Assembly (NCBI GenBank): GCA_964195995.1 | Contig: CAXMQS010000036.1 | Span: 31,116-95,115, forward strand | Length of the DNA stretch: 64,000 nt | Direction: 5' to 3' | From: an uncultured Acidimicrobiia bacterium | GTDB lineage: Bacteria; Actinomycetota; Acidimicrobiia; Spongiisociales; JAOTWH01 | In this document: one piece after another, positions 45,232-55,467 of the stretch | Layout: the number at the start of each line of letters is the position of its first letter | Position numbering within the stretch: the first letter of the stretch is position 1 | Program-made: the position numbers and the translations under genes | Notes under the pieces: model-generated | Told to the model about the DNA's origin: nothing | Databases searched by the model: none | Seen by the model: the letters and a program-made list of their open reading frames with translations, nothing else

Positions 45232-45780
45232 TCACGATGCTGCGGTCGCTCGCCACCTGCCGGGGTAGTCGGTTACAAAACCCTGGTCGTTCACCGTTAG
45301 CACAGCATCGAATTCGCCAGCTGAGTACCGATAGGTCTCGTCGGAGAGCCGCTCGTAGCGCTGGGTCGCCACTTCGATGTCCCTCTCGGGAAACGAGACG
45401 CGGACAACCTTGATCTCGGCCCCCTCGCCGACACCGAGATCAAGCCGGCGCAGCGGCAGCGTCTTGGTGGCAGGCGTGAAGCCAAAGTCGACGTCTTGGG
45501 CCCCCGCGGCGTCGTCGAGAGCATCTTCGCCCATCGTCCATCGACTCGACTCATCCACCCGCAGCGAGAGTCTCCGTTCGCCGTCGGGACCCTGGAGGTG
45601 AGCCGCCACCACTCGCGTGTTCCACGCCGGGTCGACCAGCACCGAATAGCGGATGTCGTAGGTCCCGTTCTGGTAGGCGAACAGTGCGGTACCAGCGATG
45701 CGGTGCCCGGTAGCGTCGGGAGCGATCGTGGCGCGGTCGTGCCCGGGTGTATCGAGGCGTTCCCACAGGATCGAGGACAT
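45232..45780 (-). CDS. putative glycolipid-binding-domain family protein
   Basis: 182 aa: WERLDTPGHDRATI…FAYQNGTYDIRYSVLVD…. Assignment is by resemblance to that family only. Confidence 0.45.
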   Translation of the reverse strand: MSSILWERLDTPGHDRATIAPDATGHRIAGTALFAYQNGTYDIRYSVLVDPAWNTRVVAAHLQGPDGERRLSLRVDESSRWTMGEDALDDAAGAQDVDFGFTPATKTLPLRRLDLGVGEGAEIKVVRVSFPERDIEVATQRYERLSDETYRYSAGEFDAVLTVNDQGFVTDYPGRWRATAAS

Positions 45781-45851
45781 GGCAGGAGGGTATTGGTGAA
45801 ATCAGTTGTGAGCTGTCAGCCCAGAGCCCGGAGCCCCATAAACTCTCGCTC

Positions 45852-47039
45852 ATGTCTATCTCTCAACGCGCCTCTAACGTCGCTGTCTCCGCCACCGGTG
45901 CTATCACCGAGCGGGCAAAGGAACTGGCCGCCAGTGGACTCGACGTGATCTCCTTCGGCGCCGGTGAGCCCGACTTCCCGACACCCGACCACATCGTCGA
46001 GGCCGCGATAGTGGCAGCGCGTGACCCCAGCAACCACAAGTACAGCCCGGCTGCCGGCCTTCCCCAGCTGCGCGAGGCGGTTGCTGACACCACAACGGCC
46101 TCTGCCCTGTCGATCAGTGCCAAGCAGGTGCTCATAACCAACGGCGCCAAGACCGCGGTGTACATCGCGTTCCAGACGCTGCTTGACTCCGGCGACGAGG
46201 TTCTCGTGCCAGCGCCGTTCTGGGTTAGCTACCCCGAGATCATCAAGCTGGCGGACGGCGTACCCATCCCCGTGTTCGCTGGTGTCGCGCAGGGCTACAA
46301 GGTCACCGTCGAGCAGCTGGAGGCGGCGGTGACCAACAGGACCAAGGCGTTGTTGTTCGTGTCGCCGTCCAACCCGACCGGGTCCGTGTACAGCCAAGAC
46401 GAGATCAAGGCCATCGGCGAGTGGGCCGCGCAACGGGGGCTCTGGGTAGTCACGGACGAGATCTATGAGCACTTCACCTACGGCGCCGAGTTCGCCTCGA
46501 TGCCGGCGTTAGTTCCCGAGGTCGCCGAACGGACGATGGTCATCAACGGCGTTTCCAAGGCCTACTCGATGACTGGATGGCGGGTTGGGTGGCTCATCGC
46601 ACCCCCCGAAGCCGCAGCTGCCGCCATCCGGCTGCAGTCACAGATGTCAACGAACGTGTCCAACGTCAGCCAACGCGCCGCTATCGCCGGCTTGGCAGCG
46701 GGCACCGGCCATCCCGAGATGATGCGAGAGGCCTTTGATGCCAGGCGCCAGGTGATGCACGACGCGCTTTCCGAGATCGATGGCATCGTTTGCCCTGACC
46801 CCCAGGGCGCGTTCTACATGTTCCCCGACGTTTCCAACCTCATCGGAAGGGAAGTCGGAGGGGTCAAGGTGACGTCGTCGCACCACCTCGCCGAGCAGGC
46901 GCTCGAGATCGCCCAGGTCGCGGTCGTGCCGGGAGAGCCCTTTGGGGCGCCGGGGCACGTCCGGTTCTCCTTCGCGCTGAACGACGAGGACCTACGGCGC
47001 GGCATCGACCGCTTCGTGTCGTTCGCCTCCGGCGGCTAA
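45852..47039 (+). CDS. pyridoxal-phosphate-dependent aminotransferase (aspartate aminotransferase class I)
   Basis: ATG at 45852. Motifs SFGAGEPDFPTP, SNPTGSVYS and NGVSKAYSMTGWRVGW (PLP lysine). Confidence 0.85.
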   Translation: MSISQRASNVAVSATGAITERAKELAASGLDVISFGAGEPDFPTPDHIVEAAIVAARDPSNHKYSPAAGLPQLREAVADTTTASALSISAKQVLITNGAKTAVYIAFQTLLDSGDEVLVPAPFWVSYPEIIKLADGVPIPVFAGVAQGYKVTVEQLEAAVTNRTKALLFVSPSNPTGSVYSQDEIKAIGEWAAQRGLWVVTDEIYEHFTYGAEFASMPALVPEVAERTMVINGVSKAYSMTGWRVGWLIAPPEAAAAAIRLQSQMSTNVSNVSQRAAIAGLAAGTGHPEMMREAFDARRQVMHDALSEIDGIVCPDPQGAFYMFPDVSNLIGREVGGVKVTSSHHLAEQALEIAQVAVVPGEPFGAPGHVRFSFALNDEDLRRGIDRFVSFASGG

Positions 47040-47794
47040 CCCGGAGACACGTGATCTGGCGCCAGCCGGCGGGCCAGTTGAAGTGTGTGGTGATCGAGCG
47101 ACTCGATCACCAGTTGTCTGTCGATGCGGTGGGTTATCGCCTCGAGGGTGTCTTCGAACGAGACTCCCGGGACCACGTCGGCGATGGCACCTGTCACCTC
47201 GGGGCGCCACTCCAGTTCGAGAGCGGCATACACGGGTCGCAGGACCTCGCGGATGCCTGCTGAATCGTTCACAACCACGACGCCACCGATGTGGGCTGCC
47301 CGACGCGCCACGCGCTGCCCTAGGCCAACCAACTTGATCGTTCCCGCGGCACTGATGCTGAAGCGCCCCGGGCAGTACTCACCCGCGACCTCCCCGATTC
47401 GAGCATCAACGCCGAGATCGCCGAGGGCGTCTCTCAATAGAGCGGAGACCATCTCGAAGCGCTGTTCGGTCCTCGGTCGCGGCTCGGGGTCGGGGATGGT
47501 CCACCCCAAGGCGATGGTCGATGGAGAGAACACCGCGGGGCGACCGCCGGCAAGCCGCTCGACCGCCTCGAAGCCTCGCTCCCGCGCCGCGCTCGTGGCC
47601 GCTCTGTAGCCGGCCGCAGCAACGTCCTGCTTCCCGAAGGCCACCTCATGGCCCGGCCGGTACAGCCGAAGCGTTTCCGCAACTTCTCCGGCATCGGCGC
47701 GCTGCAGCAGGGCGCTGGATATCGCCGTGTCCAGACCAGGATCATGGGGATAGGCGTCGGCGATGAGGCGCAGTGGGTTGGTTGGTGAGGTCAT
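47036..47794 (-). CDS. lipoate-protein ligase / octanoyltransferase family (BPL/LPL catalytic domain) protein
   Basis: GGRAVFSPSTIALGW… KLVGLGQRV-type motifs. Convergent 4-nt overlap with the aminotransferase gene. Confidence 0.6.
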   Translation of the reverse strand: MTSPTNPLRLIADAYPHDPGLDTAISSALLQRADAGEVAETLRLYRPGHEVAFGKQDVAAAGYRAATSAARERGFEAVERLAGGRPAVFSPSTIALGWTIPDPEPRPRTEQRFEMVSALLRDALGDLGVDARIGEVAGEYCPGRFSISAAGTIKLVGLGQRVARRAAHIGGVVVVNDSAGIREVLRPVYAALELEWRPEVTGAIADVVPGVSFEDTLEAITHRIDRQLVIESLDHHTLQLARRLAPDHVSPG

Positions 47795-47820
47795 TGGCTA
47801 ACCCCATAATGCTCTCATCC

Positions 47821-48504
47821 ATGAGGCCGTTGCTCGGAATTCTCGCGTTCGCCATCGTTGTCGCCGCTTGCGGCGAAGATCCGCTGTCTGGCGTTGGTGA
47901 TTTGGCGAATCAGGTCGTCCACGACGGAACGACCACAACCTTCATCGCCTCGCCGCCAACGGGAATCGCGGCCGTTGGCATCCCCATCTCGACGAGGTCA
48001 GCGGACGAGCTGACCTGGCTCAATATCGATCGTGTTCCCGTCTCGGCCGACCCGCGCGACGTCTTGATCGAGGTGTGGGAGAGGGGTCGCGGGGTAACGA
48101 GTGGATTCGTTCAGGCTGGGCCTGATGAGATCACGCTGGTGCTTCCCGAGCTGATCTTCCCCGGAAGCGTCCCTCTCGACGTGCTTCACGTTTCGAGCCA
48201 GCTCGTGTTCGACTCCTCGGGCATCCTGGATCCCAGGACTTCGGCGGCTTTCGGCCTGTGGAACACGGTGCCCTACTCCGTTGGTCGCGCCGCCGGGCAG
48301 GTGGCCGTCCTCACGGTCGGCCAGACGATCAACGTCGACGTCGCAGACGACGCCATCACTTCGGAGGTCGTTGCAGATGGGATAGCGCTGACGTGGCAAC
48401 ACGTCGGTCTCACCTATGAGATCTTCTGCCGGGATACCTTGCCCGAGGCTGCGTGCTGGGAGATGGCGACCTCGGGTCGACCCCTACGAACAGTCGATCT
48501 CTAG
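47821..48504 (+). CDS. hypothetical lipoprotein
   Basis: ATG at 47821 gives a signal peptide and lipobox, MRPLLGILAFAIVVAACGED. No family recognised. Confidence 0.45.
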   Translation: MRPLLGILAFAIVVAACGEDPLSGVGDLANQVVHDGTTTTFIASPPTGIAAVGIPISTRSADELTWLNIDRVPVSADPRDVLIEVWERGRGVTSGFVQAGPDEITLVLPELIFPGSVPLDVLHVSSQLVFDSSGILDPRTSAAFGLWNTVPYSVGRAAGQVAVLTVGQTINVDVADDAITSEVVADGIALTWQHVGLTYEIFCRDTLPEAACWEMATSGRPLRTVDL

Positions 48505-48520
48505 GGGGGACGAGGAAGCA

Positions 48521-50425
48521 ATGTTCCACTCAGGCGGATGGTGGTCGTACCTGCAGTACGACGAAGATCAGGATCAACCAAAGATCAGTCGAGCCCTCAT
48601 CTTTCGAGTGCTCCACTACGCGAGGCCATACCGTCGCCACTTGCTGATCGTGCTCGGCACGATCGTCGTCATTTCCGGTCTCACCCTGATCCCACCGCTT
48701 CTGATGCGAGACCTCCTGGACAAGGCGATCCCGGATAAGGATGTCGGCAGGGTCACCGTCCTGGGTATCGGGATGGTTCTGGTACCGCTGCTCAATGGTG
48801 GGTTCGGCGTGCTGCAGCGTTGGGCGTCGTCTGTCGCCGGCGAGGGGATCATTCTCGACTTGCGACGCCAGCTGTTCGCCCATCTCCAGCGGATGCCCCT
48901 GGCCTTCTTCACCGGAACTCGCACCGGTGAGTTGATGTCTCGCCTGAACAGCGATGTCGTCGGAGCCCAATCTGCCATCACCGGTACCTTCATCACCCTG
49001 GCGTCGAACATCTTCACGGTGGCCGCCACGCTGGTGATCATGATCGGTATCGAGTGGCGGTTGACTCTGTTGGCAGTAGCGGTGCTGCCCCTGTTCGTCT
49101 ACCCGTCACGCAGTGTCGGCAAGATCCTTCGGCGAATCTCTCGTCAGCAGATGGACGCCAATGCCGAGATGAGCGCCACTATGAACGAGACGCTCAACGT
49201 CAGCGGTGCGCTGGCCGTGAAGCTCTTCGGTCGCAGCACCGCCGAGGATCAGAAGTTCGGCGGCCAGGCGGCAGAACTCGCCAGGCTCGGTGTGCGCCGG
49301 GCGACCGTTGGGCGCTGGTTCTTCATGGCGCTCAGCCTTGTTAGTGCCCTCGGGACGGCGTTGGTGTTCTGGGTCGGTGCGAGGATGGTGATCAACGAAG
49401 ACCTGACCATCGGCTCGATAGTCGCTCTCGCTGCCTACCTGGCCACCCTCTACGGGCCGCTGATCGCTTTGTCCAATGCCAGGGTCGAGTTCGCGACATC
49501 TCTCGTCTCCTTCGAGCGGGTGTTCGAGGTGGTGGATTTGCCGAACTTCCTAACGGAAAAGGAAGATGCCATCTCGCTGGACTCCGTCATAGGTGAGATC
49601 AGCTTCGATGGTGTGTCGTTCAGCTACCAGGAGGATGCTCCGACCATCGAGTCGGTACGACGCTTCCACTGGAGGGGCGGCGGAGATCTTGCCGATGAGC
49701 CAAGCATGGCTGACCCAGAGCAACGGTGGGCGCTGCGCGACGTGACCTTCGCGGTGGAGCCTGGTCAGCTGACGGCGCTGGTTGGCCCAAGCGGAGCCGG
49801 TAAGACAACCGTCACCTATCTGGCGCGCCGGCTCCACGATGTGGCGTCCGGGGCGGTCACTATCGATGGCGTTGATGTTCGCGACGTCACCTTCGACACG
49901 CTGGCAACGACCATCGGTGTCGTCACCCAGGAGACGTACCTCTTCCACGACACGCTCGCCGCCAATCTTCGATATGCCAGAGAAGAGGCAACCGACGCCG
50001 ATCTGGAAGCCGCTTGCCGCGCCGCCAACATCCACGACTTCATCGCGGGCCTGGAGAAGGGTTACGACACCGTGGCTGGCGAGCGCGGCTATCGACTATC
50101 CGGGGGAGAGAAGCAACGGGTTGCCATCGCCCGGGTCATCCTCAAGGACCCGCGAATCCTCATACTCGACGAGGCCACTTCGCATCTCGATGCTCGGTCG
50201 GAGGCGCTCATCCAGGACGCCCTGGAGTCGTTGATGAAGGATCGAACCTCGATCGTCATCGCCCATCGTCTTAGCACCATCCTGGCGGCGGATCAGATCA
50301 TCGTGATGGACCACGGCCAGATTCTCGAGCATGGAACGCACGCCGCCCTCTTGGACGCCGGCGGCCTCTACAGCGAGCTCTACCGTACCCAATTCAACGC
50401 CGCCGAGACTCTACCGAACCCGTAA
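48521..50425 (+). CDS. ABC transporter, fused permease/ATP-binding exporter with an insert before the NBD
   Basis: ATG at 48521. Six-TM domain, then ESVRRFHWRGGGDLADEPSMADPEQRW inserted before Walker A GPSGAGKTT. LSGGEKQRVAIAR and ILILDEATSHLD. Confidence 0.85.
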   Translation: MFHSGGWWSYLQYDEDQDQPKISRALIFRVLHYARPYRRHLLIVLGTIVVISGLTLIPPLLMRDLLDKAIPDKDVGRVTVLGIGMVLVPLLNGGFGVLQRWASSVAGEGIILDLRRQLFAHLQRMPLAFFTGTRTGELMSRLNSDVVGAQSAITGTFITLASNIFTVAATLVIMIGIEWRLTLLAVAVLPLFVYPSRSVGKILRRISRQQMDANAEMSATMNETLNVSGALAVKLFGRSTAEDQKFGGQAAELARLGVRRATVGRWFFMALSLVSALGTALVFWVGARMVINEDLTIGSIVALAAYLATLYGPLIALSNARVEFATSLVSFERVFEVVDLPNFLTEKEDAISLDSVIGEISFDGVSFSYQEDAPTIESVRRFHWRGGGDLADEPSMADPEQRWALRDVTFAVEPGQLTALVGPSGAGKTTVTYLARRLHDVASGAVTIDGVDVRDVTFDTLATTIGVVTQETYLFHDTLAANLRYAREEATDADLEAACRAANIHDFIAGLEKGYDTVAGERGYRLSGGEKQRVAIARVILKDPRILILDEATSHLDARSEALIQDALESLMKDRTSIVIAHRLSTILAADQIIVMDHGQILEHGTHAALLDAGGLYSELYRTQFNAAETLPNP

Positions 50426-50496
50426 ATGGCCTTAACAGTCTCCTAATACGCCCCGGCGATAGTGAGGTCATGAAAGACGCAACCAAAGGAGTCACT

Positions 50497-51177
50497 ATGC
50501 GTCACACGATGAAATTAGGAGTGATGGTCGTTGCTGTCGTCGCAGCCGTCATGGGCGGGATCGCTTTCGCCCAGACGGATGACTCGGTTGATCCGGTCGA
50601 GACAAGACAGTCACAGGTCACTGAACATCTCGCACCACTGGTCGAGGATGGGACGATCACCCAAGACCAGGCTGATGCCATCGCCGAGAACTTCTCAGAG
50701 CGCTTCGCCGACAGGCTGGCCCAGAGGGAAGAGCATCGGGCAGAGCGCGAGGCCTACCACCAGGAGCTGCTGACGCTGCTCGACATGGAGGATGAAGATC
50801 TGCGGGCCGCAATCTCGGAGGGCATGACGTTGGCCGAGATCGCCGAACAGCAGGGAACCACTGCTGAGGCCGTCATCGACCTCATGGTCGGTCACGCCGA
50901 AGAGCGCCTGGCTGATGCTGTTGCCGACGAGCGGCTGACGCAGGCAGAGGCCGATGAGAAGCTGGTCGAGATCACCGCCGATATCACCGACAAGGTGAAC
51001 AACGGTGGTGGCTTGGGCAAGGGCTTCGGCCCCGGACACCGCCACTCTCCTGACGGAGAGGGCTTCGGCGGACAGGGCTTCGGCAGGCGCGGTGCCGGCG
51101 GACCCGGTGCCGGCGGTCAGGGATTCGGTGGATTCGGAGCACCTCAGGATCCAGCGGCTGACGCCATCAACGCTTAA
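50497..51177 (+). CDS. secreted protein with Gly-rich GFG-repeat C-terminus
   Basis: Signal peptide MRHTMKLGVMVVAVVAAVMGGIAFAQ. Acidic helical middle. Tail GGGLGKGFGPGHRH…GQGFGRRGAGGPGAGGQGFGGFG. Confidence 0.45.
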   Translation: MRHTMKLGVMVVAVVAAVMGGIAFAQTDDSVDPVETRQSQVTEHLAPLVEDGTITQDQADAIAENFSERFADRLAQREEHRAEREAYHQELLTLLDMEDEDLRAAISEGMTLAEIAEQQGTTAEAVIDLMVGHAEERLADAVADERLTQAEADEKLVEITADITDKVNNGGGLGKGFGPGHRHSPDGEGFGGQGFGRRGAGGPGAGGQGFGGFGAPQDPAADAINA

Positions 51178-51229
51178 CAGCTAAGCGCCAAACGCCTTCG
51201 AGGCCGGCCTTCGGGCCGGCCTCGTCGCG

Positions 51230-52381
51230 TTATGCGGGTGCTGCGGCCGACAGCGGTAACGAGGCGACATCGGCCCAGCCCGCTTCGATCAGCTTGGCAC
51301 CGCGGCCAACCGGGGGCTGGAGTCGGGGGTGGCAGCGATGGAGCGCCCAGGCCAGCAGCTCGATGCCATCGACGAGGCGCGGTCCTGGACGGGAGAAGTA
51401 CGCCGAGGCGTCAACTGCGAAGGTCCTTGCGAAACGAGTCGCCTCCACGAAGTCCGGGTTGGCGGTCAGCTCTTTGAAACGCGCTTGCGTCTCATAGAGG
51501 TTGTAGCCACAGAAAGCCAGGACGATGACGTCTGGCTGTGCCGCGGCGAGTTCGGCGACCGTCGTTGGTTGTGACGCCTGGCCGCTGGTCCCGAAGACAT
51601 TGATCCCGCCCGCCGCCTCCACCATCTCGGGCACCCAGTGGCCCGGCGCATACAGGGGGTCGGGCCACTCGATGACGGCGACCCGAGGCGGTTCGAGCTC
51701 GGTCACCAACGAGGTCAGTCGATGCAGTCGTGACCGGAGGCGAGCGACAATTGCCTGCCCTGTCGCCCCCGCTCCGGCGACTGCCGCGATGTCGCCGATC
51801 GAGGCCAGCACTTCCTCGAGGTTGGTCGGGTCGAACGAGGCGACCGCGGCTGCTGACGGCATCGAACACCTCTCGACTGTGGCCGTGTCAACTGCGCACA
51901 CCGAGCACAAGGACTGGGCTACGACGAGATCTGGAGTCGTGCCGGCAAGCGCCTCCTCGTCGATGGCGTAGATGGTGTGGGCATCGGTAACCGAGGCCCT
52001 GACCGCCTTGTCGATGAGGGCAGAAGGGAGGCCTGTCTGGATGAGGCTGGAGGTGACAGGCGGGATCTGTGCCGCGTCCTGGGGGAAGTCGCACTCGTGG
52101 GTGCGGGCAACGACGCCATCTCCCATTCCTACTGCGAAGAGGATCTCGGTGGCGCTTGGAACGAGGGAAGCTATCCGCACGGGCCGGGAGAGTAGCCTCG
52201 CCAGGCCCCCCGAAAGGTGACCAATTGCAACCCGCTGGCCTCGCTTCTGTCCGAATACCGTCCGACCCCCAGCTCCATCCAGACGGTCACCGCGCCGCCT
52301 TCGTGGTCTCTCGTGCGGACCTCGAGATCGACACCTACCGGCGTTCACTGTGGCTGTGGGATGGGAACGACGCTGGTGCAC
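51230..52381 (-). CDS. BtuF/TroA-like (class III) periplasmic binding protein; start uncertain
   Basis: RIASLVPSATEILFAVGMGDGVVARTHECDFP is the hallmark N-terminal motif of cobalamin/siderophore binding proteins. The real start is probably internal (around 52150-52200) because the ORF 5' end is Arg-rich and non-signal-like. Confidence 0.55.
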   Translation of the reverse strand: MHQRRSHPTATVNAGRCRSRGPHERPRRRRGDRLDGAGGRTVFGQKRGQRVAIGHLSGGLARLLSRPVRIASLVPSATEILFAVGMGDGVVARTHECDFPQDAAQIPPVTSSLIQTGLPSALIDKAVRASVTDAHTIYAIDEEALAGTTPDLVVAQSLCSVCAVDTATVERCSMPSAAAVASFDPTNLEEVLASIGDIAAVAGAGATGQAIVARLRSRLHRLTSLVTELEPPRVAVIEWPDPLYAPGHWVPEMVEAAGGINVFGTSGQASQPTTVAELAAAQPDVIVLAFCGYNLYETQARFKELTANPDFVEATRFARTFAVDASAYFSRPGPRLVDGIELLAWALHRCHPRLQPPVGRGAKLIEAGWADVASLPLSAAAPA

Positions 52382-54117
52382 TCACCGAGGGCCACGTCGA
52401 TACCGCTCCTCGGTGGTCGCCCGATGGTTCTCAACTGGCCTTTCTGAGGGCAGCGCTCGAAGAACCGACCGCGGCCTCGGTGATGATCATGGATGTGGCC
52501 TCCGGAGAGGTCACCGAGGCGGCTCGGTTCTCGATAGCTGCGCATCAGGTCGAGTGGTCGCCAGACGGATCTGCCCTGGCGGTCGTAGCTACCGAATGGA
52601 CCGCGGAGTACGCCGACCTACCGCAGGGCGAGCGCGACCGGACGCCGGCGCGGCTGACCCGAGAACACTTCCAGGTTGACAACTATCCGCCGACGCACGA
52701 TCGTCGCAAGCATGTTTGGATCGTCGTCAGTGGGGACAAGCGGCTGCTGACGGATGGGCCCTTCGACGAGCACGACGTGGCCTGGCATCCGTCCGGCGAT
52801 CGCATCGCTTTCATCAGCGCCCGCCACGAGAGCCGAGGAACCCGACCTGGAAACCAGGTCTTCGAGATGCAGTTGAGCGGCGGGGAGGCGCAACCGCTCA
52901 CCGAGGTCGGATTCTTCGATGCAGCCACCTATGACCCCACCGGCGCGGCGCATGTCGTTGGCATGCTCGACCCTTGGGATCACCCTGGCGTCGGCGCCAT
53001 CTTCCGGTTGGAGGGCACCGAAACCGTCGACCTTACCGGTCACCTCGACCGCGATCCGCTGCCGTATTCGACGAGCGTCGCCCCCAAGGGTCCCCGCTTC
53101 ACCGAGGACGGGTTCGTCACTGTTTTCGAAGACGATGGGCGGGTCGTCGTCGTCCGCTCAGGCGAAGGAAACTTCGATCGGGTTGTCGACGGGGATGTTG
53201 TCGTAACCGGTGTCGACGCCGGCCTCCATGGCCTCGCCTACGTCGCCTCCACCCCGACGTCACCGGGGGAGCTCTATTGGCACGACGGCGAGTCGTCCCG
53301 CCAGCTCACAGATCTCAATGGACAGCTTGAAGACTTGTTCGTGGCGCCGCAGCAGTTCACGGTCGAGTCCGACGGCATCGAGCTGACGGTCTGGGTGTAC
53401 CTGCCTCCGGGAGATGACAAGGTCCCTGTGCTCTTCAACATCCACGGCGGTCCCGCCAGCCAATACGGTGTCGGCTTCTTCGACGAGTTCCAGGTGTATG
53501 CCGGCGCCGGCTACGGAGTGGTCGCCTGCAACCCGCGGGGCTCCAGTGGTCGTGGCCGCGACTTCGTCAGAGCCGTTGTCGGCACCTGGGCCACGGACGA
53601 TTCACCGGACATACGCGACTTCAATGCGGTGCTTGCTGCTTCGCTCGAGCGGTTCGAACGCCTCGACGCGGATCGCGTCGGGGTTATGGGTGGTTCCTAC
53701 GGTGGATGGGCAACAGCCATGCTCATCGGGCGCGACCATCGCTACCGCTCGGCCGTCGTCGAGAGAGGCGTCACGGCGTGGACGTCCTTTTGGGGGACAT
53801 CCGACATCGGACCTTGGTTTGGAAAGATGTACCTCGGTACTGATCTAGCTGAGGACTGGGATGGCCACCTGCGGGCCAGCCCCATGGCCAACGCCCACAA
53901 GATCACCACTCCAACCCTCGTCCTGCACTCGCAGTCAGACTGGCGAACGCCTTTGGAGCAGGGGCTGCAGCTCTTCACGATGCTGCAGTTCAACGGCGTT
54001 CCGTCTGAGATGGTGCGCTTCCCCGACGAAGGCCACGAGCTGTCGCGGTCCGGAAAGCCGCGACACCGAGTCGAGCGCTTCGAGGCGATCCTGGACTGGC
54101 ACGGCCGTCACCTCTAG
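52225..54117 (+). CDS. S9-family serine peptidase (prolyl oligopeptidase/acylaminoacyl-peptidase type)
   Basis: N-terminal propeller (SDPQLHPDGHRAAFV, WSPDGSQLAF), C-terminal alpha/beta hydrolase with GGSYGG nucleophile elbow and a catalytic D/H region. The start is tentative, TTG at 52225. Confidence 0.75.
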   Translation: MQPAGLASVRIPSDPQLHPDGHRAAFVVSRADLEIDTYRRSLWLWDGNDAGALTEGHVDTAPRWSPDGSQLAFLRAALEEPTAASVMIMDVASGEVTEAARFSIAAHQVEWSPDGSALAVVATEWTAEYADLPQGERDRTPARLTREHFQVDNYPPTHDRRKHVWIVVSGDKRLLTDGPFDEHDVAWHPSGDRIAFISARHESRGTRPGNQVFEMQLSGGEAQPLTEVGFFDAATYDPTGAAHVVGMLDPWDHPGVGAIFRLEGTETVDLTGHLDRDPLPYSTSVAPKGPRFTEDGFVTVFEDDGRVVVVRSGEGNFDRVVDGDVVVTGVDAGLHGLAYVASTPTSPGELYWHDGESSRQLTDLNGQLEDLFVAPQQFTVESDGIELTVWVYLPPGDDKVPVLFNIHGGPASQYGVGFFDEFQVYAGAGYGVVACNPRGSSGRGRDFVRAVVGTWATDDSPDIRDFNAVLAASLERFERLDADRVGVMGGSYGGWATAMLIGRDHRYRSAVVERGVTAWTSFWGTSDIGPWFGKMYLGTDLAEDWDGHLRASPMANAHKITTPTLVLHSQSDWRTPLEQGLQLFTMLQFNGVPSEMVRFPDEGHELSRSGKPRHRVERFEAILDWHGRHL

Positions 54118-54126
54118 GGGCGACTC

Positions 54127-55467
54127 TCAGGACACCTCCGGTGTCTCGATCTGCGCTACCACCCCTGGGGATTCCAGCATCGACGAGGGGTCGATGCGGG
54201 CCCTTTCTGGCGACAGGCTCATCACTACATCGTTGGCTCCGAATTGCACGGGCTCTGGCTCGATCTTGCCGTCGCCGGAATCGAGCACCCGCACCCCGGG
54301 TATCTCGCTGGCAGAGCTGGCGGCGGCGATTACGACAACAGCGGTTCCGTCGTTCAAGCGAACGATGGAACCAGGGGGGAATACGCCCATCATGTGGATG
54401 AAGGCCCGCACCAGCTCGGGATCGTGAGCGCTGCCCATGCCGTGGGCCAACGCCCGCAGGGCGCGAGTCGGAGTCTCGGCACGCCGATACCGACGCCGCG
54501 TGGTGAGGGCGTCATAGACGTCAACGACTGAGACCATGTTGGAGAACATGTGGGGCTCTCGGTGTCCTTCGGCGCTGGGGTAGCCAGCGCCGTCGAAGCG
54601 GGAGTGATGTTCGAATGCAACCGTCGCCGCTACCTCATGGCTGGGGCCGGCAGCCGCCATGATCGCCTGGGCCCCCTCCTGGGGATGCAGGCGAACCTGC
54701 GCCCAGGCATCATCGCTGAGCTTGCCTGCATGGTGCAGAACTTCTGGGGACAGTGCCACCTTTCCAATGTCGTGGAGCAGGGCACCCGTGCCGATGGGAA
54801 GCAGTTCCTCTGGGGTAAGGCCTATGAGCTTGCCAAGCGCCAAAGTGAGGATGCAAGTGTTGACAGAATGATAGAAGGTGTACTCGTCGTGGCTCTTGAC
54901 GGTGCTCAGCAGGAGTGCGGCTTTGGTCTCCGTGAGCGATCTGTTGACCAGATCCTCGACCGACGCCATCACCGCGCTCAGGTCGAAAGCCCCTTCGTGG
55001 GCGAGGCCGTCGGTAGCGCGGCGGAGCGAGTGCAGCGACCCTGCATATGACCGTCGGAGCGGCGACAGACCCTCGGCGCCGGCACCGAGGGAATAGTCGT
55101 TGAGCAGGATGGTCCCGCCGGCCGGAATGTCCTTCGAGATCGAAGCGAGGAAGGCTGCCAGGTCGAAGAGATCGGACTCGATAACGGGCCGGCGGAAAGT
55201 AATCGAGGTCACGGCGCGTTCCTCCAGGCTGTGCACCAGCCCGCTGAACTCGAGGGAAGCGTGTGGCAGGAGGTGACCGTCGCGGTAGAGGCCCTCATCT
55301 CGGACGTTGATAACGAACTCCGGGCTGCTGCCGAAGGCCTCGTCGAGGGCGACGATAGCCACGGCCAAGGACTCCTGGGTCAGCGGGTGTTCTTTGGGAT
55401 AGAGAGCGATCGATCGACTGATGCGGCGCAGACTCTGAAGGAACCCGTGAATGCTCAGTTCATCCAT
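54127..55467 (-). CDS. HD-GYP domain protein (putative c-di-GMP phosphodiesterase / signalling phosphohydrolase)
   Basis: LLHDIGKVAL (HD), FEHHSRFDGAGYPS (GYP). Start taken as ATG at 55467 (MDELSIHGF…). Immediately downstream of the HEAT-repeat gene. Confidence 0.75.
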   Translation of the reverse strand: MDELSIHGFLQSLRRISRSIALYPKEHPLTQESLAVAIVALDEAFGSSPEFVINVRDEGLYRDGHLLPHASLEFSGLVHSLEERAVTSITFRRPVIESDLFDLAAFLASISKDIPAGGTILLNDYSLGAGAEGLSPLRRSYAGSLHSLRRATDGLAHEGAFDLSAVMASVEDLVNRSLTETKAALLLSTVKSHDEYTFYHSVNTCILTLALGKLIGLTPEELLPIGTGALLHDIGKVALSPEVLHHAGKLSDDAWAQVRLHPQEGAQAIMAAAGPSHEVAATVAFEHHSRFDGAGYPSAEGHREPHMFSNMVSVVDVYDALTTRRRYRRAETPTRALRALAHGMGSAHDPELVRAFIHMMGVFPPGSIVRLNDGTAVVVIAAASSASEIPGVRVLDSGDGKIEPEPVQFGANDVVMSLSPERARIDPSSMLESPGVVAQIETPEVS